Positions 43,730 through 55,170 of a stretch of DNA of 64,000 nt are shown here, piece by piece. The position numbers were made by a program, and so were the translations under genes. A model generated the notes under the pieces. The model saw only the letters and a program-made list of their open reading frames with translations, was not told the DNA's origin and made no database searches. How positions within the stretch are numbered: position 1 is the first letter of the stretch; the number at the start of each line of letters is the position of its first letter. This DNA is from an uncultured Nitrospinota bacterium (GTDB lineage: Bacteria; Tectomicrobia; Entotheonellia; J063; CAVPRW01). The stretch is taken from positions 64,001 to 128,000 of the forward strand of contig CAVPRW010000024.1 in the NCBI GenBank assembly GCA_963707985.1, read 5' to 3'.

Positions 43730-45319
43730 ATGACGACTTCGAAACCCCAGTTGTGGACATCGGGAGACTGGAATGCCTTTTTCGGCTTCGGGACCAATAT
43801 CCTCGTCAATTTGCTGACGCTGACCGCGCTGCTGCGTTTCGTCTTGAAGATGCCGGACGACCTCGTCTTCGGACGTATTCTGCCAGCTACTGGCATGATG
43901 TTGTGTCTGAGCACATTTTACTACGCCTGGCTCGCCTACCGTCTGGCCAAGAAAACGGGACGCAGCGATGTCTGTGCGTTGCCTTCCGGCATTAGCGTGC
44001 CACACATGTTTGTCGTGACCTTCGTGATCATGTTGCCGATTGCCGCCAGGACCGGTGATCCCATCAAGGGCTGGGAAGCTGGTTTGACATGGGTGTTCAT
44101 CCAAAGTTGCGTGCTGATGGTAGGCGGCTTTATCGGGCCTATCATTCGCAAGATCACGCCGCGCGCGGCCTTACTCGGCACGCTCGCCGGCGTGTCGATC
44201 TCGTTCATCTCTATGCGACCGGCCTTAGAAATGTTCATGACGCCGGTGATTGGGATCGTCTGCTTTGCCATTATTCTTCTGAGCTGGTTTGGCGGCGTTC
44301 AATATTATCGGGGCATGCCGGCTGGCTTGGTCGCCATCGCCCTTGGCAGCCTCATTGCCTGGGGTTCGAGCGCCCTGGGCTTGAACTACGGTGGTATGAG
44401 TCTTGATAACCTCACACACTCGGTCTCGAACTTCGGTTTCTCGATCCCACTTCCGGCCGTCGGCCATGTGTTTTCTGGTTTTGAGTTTCTTGGCGTGATC
44501 CTGGTCACGGCGATCCCATTCGGGATTTACGATCTGGTTGAAGCATTGGACAACGTTGAGAGCGCCGCAGTGGCGGGCGATAGTTTTCCCACGACGCAAG
44601 TACTCACGGCCGACGGTGTGGTCAGCATGATTGGCTGCTTGATGGGTAACCCGTTCATCAATGCCGTGTACATTGGTCATCCCGGCTGGAAAGCGATGGG
44701 GGGGCGGATCGGCTATTCCGCCGCGACCGGCGTGATGGTGATCCTGTTGGCCTGGTTTGGCATTATTTCCGTGATGGTGGCGCTTATCCCGGTCGTCGCC
44801 ATCTCGCCCATTCTGCTCTATATCGGCATGCTGATCGGCGCTCAAGCCTTCCAAGAAACTCCCAAGAGCCATGCGCCGGCGATTGTCCTCTCGCTCACGC
44901 CACACCTGGCTGCCTGGGGCAAGCTGCAAATCGATAACGCCCTCGCTGCCGCAGGCACCAATGCAGGGGCGATTGGTCTCGATAAGCTGAGCCAGACCGG
45001 CGTCCTGTATCACGGGCTCGAAATCATGGGTGGAGGGTCGATTCTCGGTGGTTTGGTGTTGGCAGCTATCGCTGCATTCATCATAGACCGGCAGTTTTTC
45101 AAGGCGGCCGGCTTCGCATTGGCCGGGGCGGCGCTGACCTTCTTCGGTTTCATGCACGGCGAGAAAATCGGCCTCGGCCAGACACCGGTCGTTGCCGTCA
45201 GTTACTTCGCCGTTAGCCTCATCCTGGTCAGCTGTGCGAAATTCGCCACGGTGACGGCCAGAGCCACGGCTGAGACAGCGGAGCATGCGCCAGTGGGTCT
45301 TCCTGAACCGGCAGCATAA
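43730..45319 (+). CDS. NCS2-like (xanthine/uracil/vitamin C-type) permease
   Basis: About 12-13 hydrophobic segments; GDWNAFFG, ALPSGISVPHMF, NVESAAVAGD, YIGHPGWKAMG. Confidence 0.8.
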   Translation: MTTSKPQLWTSGDWNAFFGFGTNILVNLLTLTALLRFVLKMPDDLVFGRILPATGMMLCLSTFYYAWLAYRLAKKTGRSDVCALPSGISVPHMFVVTFVIMLPIAARTGDPIKGWEAGLTWVFIQSCVLMVGGFIGPIIRKITPRAALLGTLAGVSISFISMRPALEMFMTPVIGIVCFAIILLSWFGGVQYYRGMPAGLVAIALGSLIAWGSSALGLNYGGMSLDNLTHSVSNFGFSIPLPAVGHVFSGFEFLGVILVTAIPFGIYDLVEALDNVESAAVAGDSFPTTQVLTADGVVSMIGCLMGNPFINAVYIGHPGWKAMGGRIGYSAATGVMVILLAWFGIISVMVALIPVVAISPILLYIGMLIGAQAFQETPKSHAPAIVLSLTPHLAAWGKLQIDNALAAAGTNAGAIGLDKLSQTGVLYHGLEIMGGGSILGGLVLAAIAAFIIDRQFFKAAGFALAGAALTFFGFMHGEKIGLGQTPVVAVSYFAVSLILVSCAKFATVTARATAETAEHAPVGLPEPAA

Positions 45320-45340
45320 CGCCAAGGGGAGGAGAGCACG

Positions 45341-46039
45341 ATGGTTGACACGGTGAAGGCAGAGCCCTATGATTGGCCGTACGATGGGATTATCGTTCCG
45401 TCCAGAACCGCGATGCTGGTCATCGACATGCAGCATGACTTCTGCGGCCAGGGAGGCTATGTCGATCGTATGGGCTACGACATCGCCCTGACCGCCCGGG
45501 CGATCGTGCCGATCAAGGCGGTTCTCGACACGGTCAGGCGTATCCCCGGGTTTACCGTGATCTATACCCGTGAGGGGCACCGTCCAGATCTCACCGACTT
45601 GCCGGCGAACAAGCTCTGGCGTAGCCGGCAGATTGGCGCAGGAATCGGCGATCTGGGTCCCTGCGGTCGCATCCTGGTGCGGAGTGAACCGGGATGGGAG
45701 ATTGTGGCTGAGCTGAAGGCTGCACCCCATGAGATCATCATCGACAAGCCGGGCAAGGGGAGTTTTTACGCTACCGATCTGGACCTCATTCTCAGAACAC
45801 GCGGGATCACCCATCTGGTGCTCACCGGCATTACGACCGATGTCTGCGTCCATACGACGATGCGTGAGGCCAATGATCGCGGCTATGAGTGCTTGCTGCT
45901 CGAGGACTGCACCGGAGCAACGGATGAAGACAACCATCGGGCAGCGATCAACATGGTCCGGATGCAGGGAGGAGTCTTCGGCGCGGTCTCGACATCCCAG
46001 CACTTCATCGCAACTATGCATCGGTTCCTCCCGTCGTAA
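45341..46039 (+). CDS. biuH: Biuret amidohydrolase
   Basis: [57 protein letters not shown]. Confidence 0.82.
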   Translation: MVDTVKAEPYDWPYDGIIVPSRTAMLVIDMQHDFCGQGGYVDRMGYDIALTARAIVPIKAVLDTVRRIPGFTVIYTREGHRPDLTDLPANKLWRSRQIGAGIGDLGPCGRILVRSEPGWEIVAELKAAPHEIIIDKPGKGSFYATDLDLILRTRGITHLVLTGITTDVCVHTTMREANDRGYECLLLEDCTGATDEDNHRAAINMVRMQGGVFGAVSTSQHFIATMHRFLPS

Positions 46040-46135
46040 TGCGCTGATAGTAGACGAACATGGTGAGTGTGCAGGAGGGAATGCGCAAGTGGGAGCCATG
46101 CCCCGGCCAGGCAACGCCCAATTCGACCGCTCCGC

Positions 46136-47603
46136 ATGTGGGATCCGTTGACCGGCAGCCTCACTCGTGCGACACTCCATGGCTTATACCAGTCGGGGGC
46201 ATTGCGTCCCGAGACGGTCATCGATGCCATCTACAGCCGTATCGCAGCCCGCGGCGACGACCACGTGTGGATTTCTCTCATTTCCCGACAGGAGGCGATG
46301 GCGCATGCCGCTCGGCTATCGGCCGTACGGACCTCGTTCGAGACGCTGCCACCCCTATGGGGCCTGCCGTTCGCCATTAAGGATAATATCGATCTCGCCG
46401 GGGTTCCCACCACTGCTGCCTGTCCTGCCTATGCCTACCTCCCAGATCGTTCGGCGACGGTGAGTTGAACGACTCATCGGTGCTGGAGCCATCCCCATCG
46501 GCAAGACGAATCTCGACCAGTTTGCCACCGGGCTGGTAGGCGTACGGTCGCCATATGGGGTACCCGGCAATCCGTTTAACCCGGCGTATATCCCCGGGGG
46601 ATCGAGCTCAGGGTCGGCTGTGGCCGTCGCCACGGGTCTCGTCAGCTTTGCGCTTGGTACCGATACCGCGGGGTCGGGCCGTATCCCGGCCTCCTTCTGT
46701 AACGTGGTTGGCCTTAAACCAACGCGCGGTCTCATCCCAACCGGAGGGGTCATCCCAGCCTGTCGCTCGCTCGATTGTGTGTCGATCTTCGCTTTAACCG
46801 TCGAAGATGCAGCGGCGGTGTGTGCTGTGGCAACGGGGCCGGACCCACAGGATGCCTATTCACGCCCAATTGCACGCTGTCGATCAACGCTTCCAACCAC
46901 GTCGGACTGCCGTTTCGGCATCCCCAACCGCTTGGAATTTCTGGGCGATACCGAGGCGGCGCACCTCTTCGATCACTCTATCGCTCGGCTGGAAGCTATG
47001 GGCGGCAAGACCGTCGGCATCGATTTCGCCCCCTTCGCCGAGGCAGGGCAGCTGCTCTACGACGGCCCATGGGTGGCGGAGCGACTGGCAGCCCTCGAGA
47101 CCTTCGTCCGCACGTCGGGCGACGCTATGCACCCGATTACTCACCAGATCATCGCTGGCGGCGCGAACTATTCCGCGGTGGATACGTTTCGCGCCTTCGA
47201 TCGACTGCAACACATACGAGCGCAGACCCGGCAGGTGTGGGAGCGCATCGACTGCCTGATGGTGCCGACGGCTCCCTCGGTCTACCGCATCGATGCCGTC
47301 GAAGCCGAACCGCTACGTTTGAACACCTGTCTGGGACTGTACACGAACTTCGTCAATCTGCTCGATCTGGCGGCCATTGCGGTGCCAGGTGGATTTCGGT
47401 CACCGGGGATACCGATGGGCATCACCCTGATCGCCCCGGCATTTCAGGATGATCTACTGGTAGACCTGGCATCGGCGTTTTTGCGGCAGTCGGGTCTTCG
47501 ACTCGGTGCCACCGAAGACACAGAACCTTTCCCCTTGCATTCTCGGGATCGGCGGAGTACAAGGGAGCCATGCGCTGAGGAGGAATCCGGACCGGCGGCC
47601 TGA
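46136..47603 (+). CDS. atzF: Allophanate hydrolase, amidase domain (1-nt frameshift near 46461)
   Basis: FAIKDNID, PTTAACPAYAY, GKTNLDQFATGLVGVRSPYG, GGSSSGS, GTDTAGSGR, LLYDGPWVAER, YTNFVNLLD. Start codon uncertain. Confidence 0.85.
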
Positions 47604-47683
47604 CGTGCTTGCCATGCCGAACGCGCTCATAGCCGACCGATGAGCGGTAAATGCGTTGACGTACCAAGGGGTTTGGAGCCCAT

Positions 47684-49397
47684 ATGAAACGTTATCGCTA
47701 CGCAGAATGGGATGGGAGACAGGTGTTCGCGGATATCGAGGCCGACGATGTGCTCGATGAGGCGGTGGATGACCTCCTCCAGCACGGCGATCTCACCTGG
47801 GCGCTGCGGCGATTATTCGAACAGGGCATGACCTTGCGGGGCAATCGACGGGTGGAGGGCATCCGCGATCTGATCAAGCGGTTACAGCGCATGAAACAGG
47901 ATGCCATCGGGCAATTCGATGCCCAGTCTCTCTTCGAGGCACTCGAAGCAGCAGATCGAGCACCTGAGCCAGGAACATCTGGCCCAGATGAATCGCATGA
48001 TGCAAGCGCTCAATGACCTCCTCCAGCAGCGCGATCGCGGCCTCAACCCCTCACTCGACGAGTTTCTCCAGCAATTCGGCCAATATTTCCCCAACCTCGA
48101 CCAGGCCGATCTCGACGCCCTCATGCAAGAGCTACAGGCGCAGATGCGCCAGATGCAGGAGCTGCTGGAGTCCATGCCCGATGACATGCGCGAGGCGCTG
48201 GCTCAGCTCCTCCAGCAAAAATTCAGCGATCCACGGCTGCAGCAGCAACTCGCGCAGCTGGCGCAGCAGTGGGAACGCTTCTTTGAGCTGGCGCAGCAAG
48301 GGTTTCATGGCACCGATCCTCTGTCGATCGAGGAAGGTTTACGCATGGCGGACCGCTTCGACCTCATCGATCAGCTCGAACAGTCGTTGCGGCGCCTGCC
48401 GCGCGAGGATCGTTTGGCTGAGATCGACATGGAGCAGGTGCGCGATTTGCTGGGCGATGAAGCCCATGAGCGCCTGGAGCGCCTGAAAGAGCTCATCGGC
48501 TTGTTAGAGAAGGCGGGCTACGTCGATCGCGTCGGGGACCGCTTCGAGTTGACCCCACGAGGCATTCGCAAGCTCGGCGAACGCGCTCTGCGCCACATCT
48601 TCTCTTTCCTCGAACAGGGGCAGTTCGGCCCCCACGAGACCAGCTTCCATGGCCATGGCGATTTCCACCATGCCGATGCCACCAAGCCCTATGAATACGG
48701 CGACCGGTTTCATCCTGACCTTGGTCGCACGTTCCTGAACGCGCTGTCGCGGCAGGGACCCGGGACCCCGGTGCAGGTCAAGCCCGAGGATTTCGAAGTC
48801 TATCGACCGGAGTTTGTCACTCGCGCCGCCACGGTGCTTCTGCTGGATATGAGCCTGTCCATGGAGTATTACGGGCGGTTTCCGGCGGCCAAGAAGGTGA
48901 CGATCGCTCTACATACCCTGATGAAGAGCCAGTTCCCCCGCGATAGCTTACGAGTCATCGGCTTTTACAGCTATGCCGAGGAACTGCACATGGAAGATCT
49001 GCCGTTCCTGGTCATCGATGGCATCACCCCTGGCACCAATCTGCAGCACGGCTTTATGATGGCACGTAAATGGCTGGGACGGCAGAGTGGTCCGAATAAA
49101 CATATCATCGTCATCACCGATGGCCAACCGACCGTGCACTACGAGGGGGGACAGTGGCATTTTCACTATCCCCCCACTCGGGCTACCTTGCGTGAAACGT
49201 TAAAGGAGGTGAAACGTCTCACCGAGGCCGGCATCCAACTCAGTGTGTTCATGTTGGATGACGACCCGACCCTGGTCTCGTTCGTCGATCAGATGACCCG
49301 CATCAACCGTGGCCGGGCCTTCTACGTCACCTCGGAGACTCTGGGGAAATATCTGCTGGTCGACTATTTGCGCAAGAAGCGGGTCCGGGTGTCTTGA
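47684..49397 (+). CDS. VWA-domain protein (frameshift near 47940)
   Basis: N-terminal YRYAEWDG, helical middle region, MIDAS DMSLSM, TNLQHG, ITDGQPT. Confidence 0.8.
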
Positions 49398-49497
49398 TAC
49401 CGACGTACCCCTGGCTGCCCTCCCCTGTCGACCAAGCAACCTTTGCCAAGGGGTCACACCAACAATCGCAAGAGCATGGAAATTGCCCGCTCCGATC

Positions 49498-49532
49498 CCC
49501 CCTCTCCCTCTGAGAGAGGGCAGGGCGAGGGT
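49498..49532. repeat. REP-like intergenic palindrome
   Basis: ccccctctccctctgagagagggcagggcgaggg; degenerate relatives near 8030, 11112 and 52211. Confidence 0.45.
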
Positions 49533-49943
49533 ACAATAGAGCCAGTGGGAACACTTGCTGTCGCTCGATTGCCATACGCTGATCTGAACACCGCTATAGG
49601 GTTTGTGAGGCATTTGGCCAGGTGGAATCCTCCAGCTGGCCCATTGATGGCTGGATGACTGGACACGATTTTACATCTGAGGGGCATCTCTTACAGATCG
49701 GTCATGGATCATTCAGCCAGCACACCAGAGCGTCTTGGACCCCGAGGAGGCGGCGCCATGTCGGAATCCCAGGGCCAGCTTTTCCGATCTCCGGTGAGCG
49801 TGGCCACTCGTACGGTCGAAGATACCCTCTCATAACTGCACTTCTGTCGGTTTTTCGGTCACCAATTCGCAGAACTCCCCGGAGATCAGCGTCGAGACAC
49901 CGTTGCACTGCAGTCCTGAGAACCTCCCGTTGATCGAGTAACC

Positions 49944-50435
49944 CTACCGCGTGTCATCCCGATCCACTATTGTCAGTGGCCTCTGTAGGATGACGCCCCC
50001 AAGCGTGGCGGTGATTGTCACAACAAAACTTTCCCCGACGACACTTCCGGCTTCGAACCCCCAGGTCGCGCTGGACTGCTCGGCCGCCACCGTGATGGTC
50101 GGCGGTCCATGGGTCAATCCCGAGGCGGAGCTGGACAGGGTGACCACGATGCCGCCAGCCGGAGCCGGGACGCTCAGCCTCACTGTGCCCTCCGAGGGCG
50201 CATCACCCGTAGCCGTAGCTGGGCTAAGATCCACGGCGGTAAGGGTAACGGGTAGTTGTTCTGCGACCAACCAACACCACATCTCGAAGTCGCCACCGCG
50301 TTGGGAGTTGCCCCTTGAGAGCCGTAGGTTATGGGGCGTTGCAGCAATGGGTGTCCCAAAGACTTCACCGTCCAACATGAGTTGCACGTGGTTGAGATGC
50401 TGCGTCGTGGCCAGGAGTCGGAAAAACTTGACCAC
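49944..50435 (-). pseudogene. Fragment of a putative eCIS-associated protein with Ig-like C-terminus
   Basis: LDGE...GGDFEMWCWLV followed by a beta-rich segment (GTVRLSVPAPAGGIVVTLSS); adjacent to eCIS relics. Confidence 0.4.
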
Positions 50436-50439
50436 CCGC

Positions 50440-50512
50440 GCCGGCCATGCCGTCCAATCACGGTTAGGGTGGCTGTCGGCAGGGTGTAATAGCGACTGGT
50501 TGGCTCGAACAT
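50440..50512 (-). pseudogene. N-terminal relic of an eCIS LysM-type protein
   Basis: MFEPTSRYYTLPTATL matches the characteristic start of these small CIS proteins as recalled. Confidence 0.5.
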
Positions 50513-50589
50513 GGTTTTATAATCCAATCGTACCTGGCAGGGTGCGTATATTCCTGACGCTGCTGATAATCCTTTTCGTACCCGGCTGA

Positions 50590-50890
50590 TTTCCTAGATC
50601 CCCCCAACTGCTGATTGTGGCCATCGTCTCTTTGGCTACCTGATGGGCCATAAACAGCGCACCGCCAACACTGAGCAGCCCCCAATCCTGGTAGGTGAGC
50701 ACGCGCAGGTCCAGGCTGACTTTGGCTCGGATAGGATTCAACATTGGGTCGAGGGCTTCTTCGGTGATGGATAATTGGGTCAGGCGGCAGTACCCGCTTG
50801 AGGCCCCAGATCAGCAGAGTAAGCGGCACTTCCGGCGGGATGACTTCGATGAGGCTGAAGCGCGCCAGCACTTCGGTGGCGACCATCAAC
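50590..50890 (-). pseudogene. C-terminal part of a contractile injection system (eCIS) tube-initiator-like protein
   Basis: IEVIPPEVPLTLLIWGLKRVLP / ITEEALDPMLNPIRAKVSLDLRVL...GGALFMAHQVAKE; 5' end replaced by an IS1182 fragment. Confidence 0.6.
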
Positions 50891-50900
50891 ACCGATTATG

Positions 50901-51120
50901 GATGTCACGACATCCACAACCGATCCCGCTCGTTCCCGAGGAGACGGCACGCGTCGCCCGGACCGCCTTTCCACCTGGCAACGTGTACCTCATGAGGCGC
51001 GATGCGCTGGGCACGTTCGTTCCTGATGACGATGTCGCCGGCCTTTTCCCGACACGCGGACAACCTGCTACAGCCCCGTGGCGGTTGGCGCTGGTGACCC
51101 TCATGCCAGCTAGCGACTAG
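50901..51120 (+). mobile_element. IS1182-family transposase N-terminal fragment
   Basis: MSRHPQPIPLVPEETARVARTAFP.GN.Y...RD.LG...LFPTRGQPA.APWRLALVT. Confidence 0.8.
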
Positions 51121-51264
51121 CAAAATTACCCATGACAGGGTCGAGACGCCGGTGGAGGCCATCTTTGATGAGGTCACATCGGAACGGACCCAATGAACGT
51201 TCAGCTGGATTCATGATAGACAGGAGGGATACCTAGTCAGACCAGCCAACCAGGCTTCAACCAC

Positions 51265-51615
51265 CTAGAAGATCCCTCCTGAGTCCCAGGCCTGGCGTAC
51301 GTCGGCATCGGCCTTGACGAAATGGAATCCAGCCTGCCTCGCATAAAAGAGGTCCATGTCGGTATCGCCAAAGTGGTAATATATGTCCGCCTGGAATCGT
51401 GCTTTCACCTCGGGAAGCCTGTGCTTCAAGACCGTGAAGTCGACGATGATGTGGTGCATTTCCCAGATACGCTGTTGATCACTCAGAGGGCGGTCTGAAC
51501 AACTGCCAATGAGGCAGCCCAGGTGTTTGGCCTGTCTGACCATATCCATCGTGATCAGGCCAGGCGGATCCCCGACTTCCAGCGTCCCGTCAATGTCAAA
51601 ACTAATCAACTTCAT
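51265..51615 (-). CDS. Small cap-less HAD-family hydrolase
   Basis: ISFDIDGTL (motif I), GSCS, HFGDTDMD (motif IV). Confidence 0.8.
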   Translation of the reverse strand: MKLISFDIDGTLEVGDPPGLITMDMVRQAKHLGCLIGSCSDRPLSDQQRIWEMHHIIVDFTVLKHRLPEVKARFQADIYYHFGDTDMDLFYARQAGFHFVKADADVRQAWDSGGIF

Positions 51616-52243
51616 CACACCCGACCCTCCGTTGTCTGCGGCGCAGCGCACGTCGTCGCGAAGATTCCATAGCCGGATTATGCCTGTTATCGTATCGTCG
51701 TGCAAGGTTTCCTGCCGACTATTCGTGAGGATACCCACGGCGCGGCTGAAATTCACTCGACTCCTGACCGAACGGTGCAGGCTTGTTCTCTCAGGTCTAT
51801 GCATCGTCGGGCGGCAGACCGTGCTGAGACCATTGGCAGCAGAGGACGGCTATGTGGGCACCCTCCCCTGCCTACACCGCCGTCCCGACAGGCGCCAGCA
51901 AGCCATGCGGTGGCGTGTGACCGGTTAGGGATGACCTGCGCCCTCGTCACCTTTCCCTGGACACGGGGCCAGGTGTGGCATACTGACTCCACATCCAACC
52001 AACTTCTATGAAAGACGCCTGGTGAGGCTCCAAGCGGATGTGCCTTGTGGCAAGCCGTGTGGCCTAAGCTGGGCAGTCAACGCCTGCGGTGGGAGCAGAT
52101 GAGAGCGTTCGTCGATGAGACGGATCGGCGAAACGCGGATGGAGCTGTCTGCGGTGGTCGTCATATAGGACTCGCAGGTCATCACCGGGAATTGCTGTAC
52201 AGAGCATTTTCCCCACTTTCTTTCCCACGGCGTAGGGGTATGG

Positions 52244-53214
52244 TCAGGGGTGAGTCACCGTGAGGCAGTCCGCATCGGCCTGCAGACGCTCAAAATCTGC
52301 ATCCTGTTGCGCCTCCGACGCCAGAGAACGATTGTAGCGGATTACCCGCTGTAACCAGTATAGAGGGCCTGCTCTTTCTCCCCTAACCGGGCATAGGTCG
52401 CGGCCATGTTGTACAGGGCATCGCTCCCGCGCGGGTCGAGCCGGATGGCTTCGCCCAAGGGTTGGAGCGCCCCATGGAGGTCCCCGATTTTGAGGAGCAG
52501 GGTGCCGAGATTGTAATGGGCGCTAGTGTAGGAGGGGTTCAGCACGATCGCTTGTCTGAAGGCGGCGAGTGCGGGCTCGGGCGTCCCGAGCCCCTCGTAC
52601 GCCAGCCCCAGGTTGAAGAATGCCTGGGGATCGTACGGATTGAGCCGGATGGCCTGTTGCAGAACGGGCAACGCCGCGGCGAACTGCTGTTGGGTCACGT
52701 ATAGATGGCCCAGCCGTCCATACGACGGTTGATGGCGGGGATCCAGGTTGATGGCCTGCCGCAACCCCTGCTCAGCCTCTGGTGCACGGCCCGCCTCGAT
52801 ATCCAGCATGCCAAGGTCGTAGGAGGCACCGGTCAGCCGAGGGTTCAAGCGGATCGCCTCGATCAAGGCCTCCCGGCCCTCCTCGCGATGACCCTGCCTG
52901 ATGAATACCCTCCCCAGCTGGAGATGGGCTGGCGCAAACGCCGGCCTGAGAGCAATGGCTCTCCGCAATAAGACCTCGGCTGCATCGACATGACCAATCT
53001 GCCACGCGAGCAGAGCCGCCTGATAGTGTGTCACGGCATCTTGCGGCCTGAGCGCGGCCGCCTGCTGAACCAAGTCGGCCGCGACGTGCAGCTGGCCAGC
53101 CTGTTGTGCCTGCACGGCGGCGACCATCAGCCGTTCGGCCTCGGATCGTGCACCGCACGCCACGAGAGCCCACAGCATGAGCCACGCTTGCACGGGAGTT
53201 GGGAGGAAGCTCAC
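52244..53214 (-). CDS. TPR-repeat protein (frameshift near 52360)
   Basis: About 7-8 TPRs (AIRLNP / YNLG). Continues after the frameshift as WLQRVIRYNRSLASEAQQDADFERL. Confidence 0.8.
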
Positions 53215-53993
53215 CAGATCACCGACGACGTGGCTGACAGGACAGGTCAGCCCCGGATTCCGCGTTCGGGTCCATGAATTCGAGCGGGTGCAGCCAAGGA
53301 TGACTTGCCTGGACGAGTACTACTAGGAAGGCCATCAGCCCCAGGAGCAGGGCCTCTAGTCTCCAGACCTCTCGGGGCGACCTGCACAAAGGCCAGGTAC
53401 ACTCACCTGTCTCGGCACGTTCTATGGACACCCGTTCCCCTTATCCCAGGAGCGGGCTGAGCCTCGTCCGTAGGGCATAGTCCGGCCCACTGCCGACTGT
53501 CCACCTCGTAATCCCTCGTTGCTGTGACAACTCACGGAGCCTAACCGAGAGGGACACGGCAGCTCTAGGTTATGCGAGCCCGGTGACGCGGACGGCCTCA
53601 GCAGCGCCCTCATGAGCCATGTACTATGTACCGACCAGCAGTCATCGCGTGTTGCCTGTGGGCGACGAGGAGAGAAGGTAGGTCCACCATCACCGTCCTC
53701 GCCCAGATGCCGAACGCCTCTCGTGAACAACGGCGATGATAGGCCGAACAGTCTCTCGTGACCAGTAGTTTCTAAAGTCTTCCGAATTATCGCTGTCTGG
53801 AGGCGGGTGATGCGTTCGGGAGGACTCATGACATACCGCCCAGCGTCCATCTGCAATGCTCGACGTCCCCTCTCGTCGCGCGCCTGGCGTCAGACCTTAC
53901 CTTATGGCCCTCCTGGTCGGACTCCGCCTGATCGCTTCCATCCCCTGGATCACGCTTATGCTGCCAGAGCACCTGCTGGCGTTGAAATAACCA

Positions 53994-55079
53994 TTAGAGT
54001 TCATCTCGATTTATGGTATCCTGGGCCTCCAACGAAAGGAGGCCCCCGCCATGGGAACGTGACGGTTCGCCGATCTCCAGACCCGCTCGACCGAGGTGCT
54101 CGATTTGACGAGTCTCACGCGCGATGAGTTTCGGTTGTTAGTGCCCCCCTTTGAGGCCGCGTTCCAGGCCTACATGGCCTCCTGGCGCCTTGATGGGCAG
54201 CCGCGTACCGCTCGCCGCTAGACGACCTACAAGAACTGTCCGCTGCCAACCCCCGAGGATCGGCTGCTGTGTATCCTGGTCTACCTGAAGACCTATCCGC
54301 TCCAAGTCGTGCAGGGACGACTCTTCGGCATAGGCCAGAGCAAGGCTCATCAGTGGATTCATGTCTTGCGAGGTGTCCTCCAGACGACGCGACGCGCGCT
54401 GGGGGATGCGCCCACCCGGTCGGTGACAGCACTCGCGAAGCGCCTCGGGGTGACTGAGACGGACGCGAGCGCGCGGGTCGTACCGGTGCCGAAGCCGCCG
54501 CATGCGTCCGCTCCGCCCACACCGGCATCAGCCCAGGCCCCTGCCTCCCCCCTTGTGGGCATGATGGCACTGCACGGCGCATCGGGCGCCCCCAGGATCC
54601 AACTGAGCAGACGCGCGATGAGAGCGGCAAGAAGAAGTGCCACACGGTCAACAACGGGCGGCCGATCAACGCCGTGCGGACGATCCTCTTCCTGAGTGAG
54701 ACCAATGCGGGGCGTACCCACGACAAGCGGAGGGCTGAGGCCACCCCCTATCCCTGACCGGCGGGCCGTCGGTGGCTCCAGGATCTGGGCTGCCTGGCGT
54801 TCACACTCGACCAGGTCGAGATCAGCATGCCGACCCGCAAGCCGCGAGGACGGCAGCTCACACGCGCGCAAAAGGCTGCGAATCGGCGCATCGCCCGTCG
54901 GCGCGTGGGCATCGAGCATGTCAACAGTCGCGTCAAACGCTGCCGTATGGTTCACGAGACCTGCCGCGTCCGAAAGGCGGGCATCCGCGATCTGATCATG
55001 GAAGTCTGCTGTGCGCTGCAGAACTTTCGCGTGCGGTTGACACCCTGGCAACCAATGGTTTAATCGGGATGAACCTTAA
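53994..55079 (+). mobile_element. IS5-like (HTH + DDE, two-ORF) element, copy A, inactivated
   Basis: Imperfect IRs ttagagttcatctcgatt / aatcgggatgaaccttaa; LPTPEDRLL.ILVYLK, HDGT, SGKKK, QDLG, IEHVNS. Nonsense codons include TGA at 54755. Confidence 0.85.
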
Positions 55080-55170
55080 TGGGTATATTACAACTTGTTC
55101 GAGGTAAATGTGAAGCACGCCGCTTTCCATAAGCGCTCGAACGAATGGGTTATTCATGTCACACGATCCT

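Noticed and set aside
44225..46180. 651-aa minus-strand ORF
   Set aside because: Antisense shadow of the permease and biuH genes in GC-rich DNA; no motifs.
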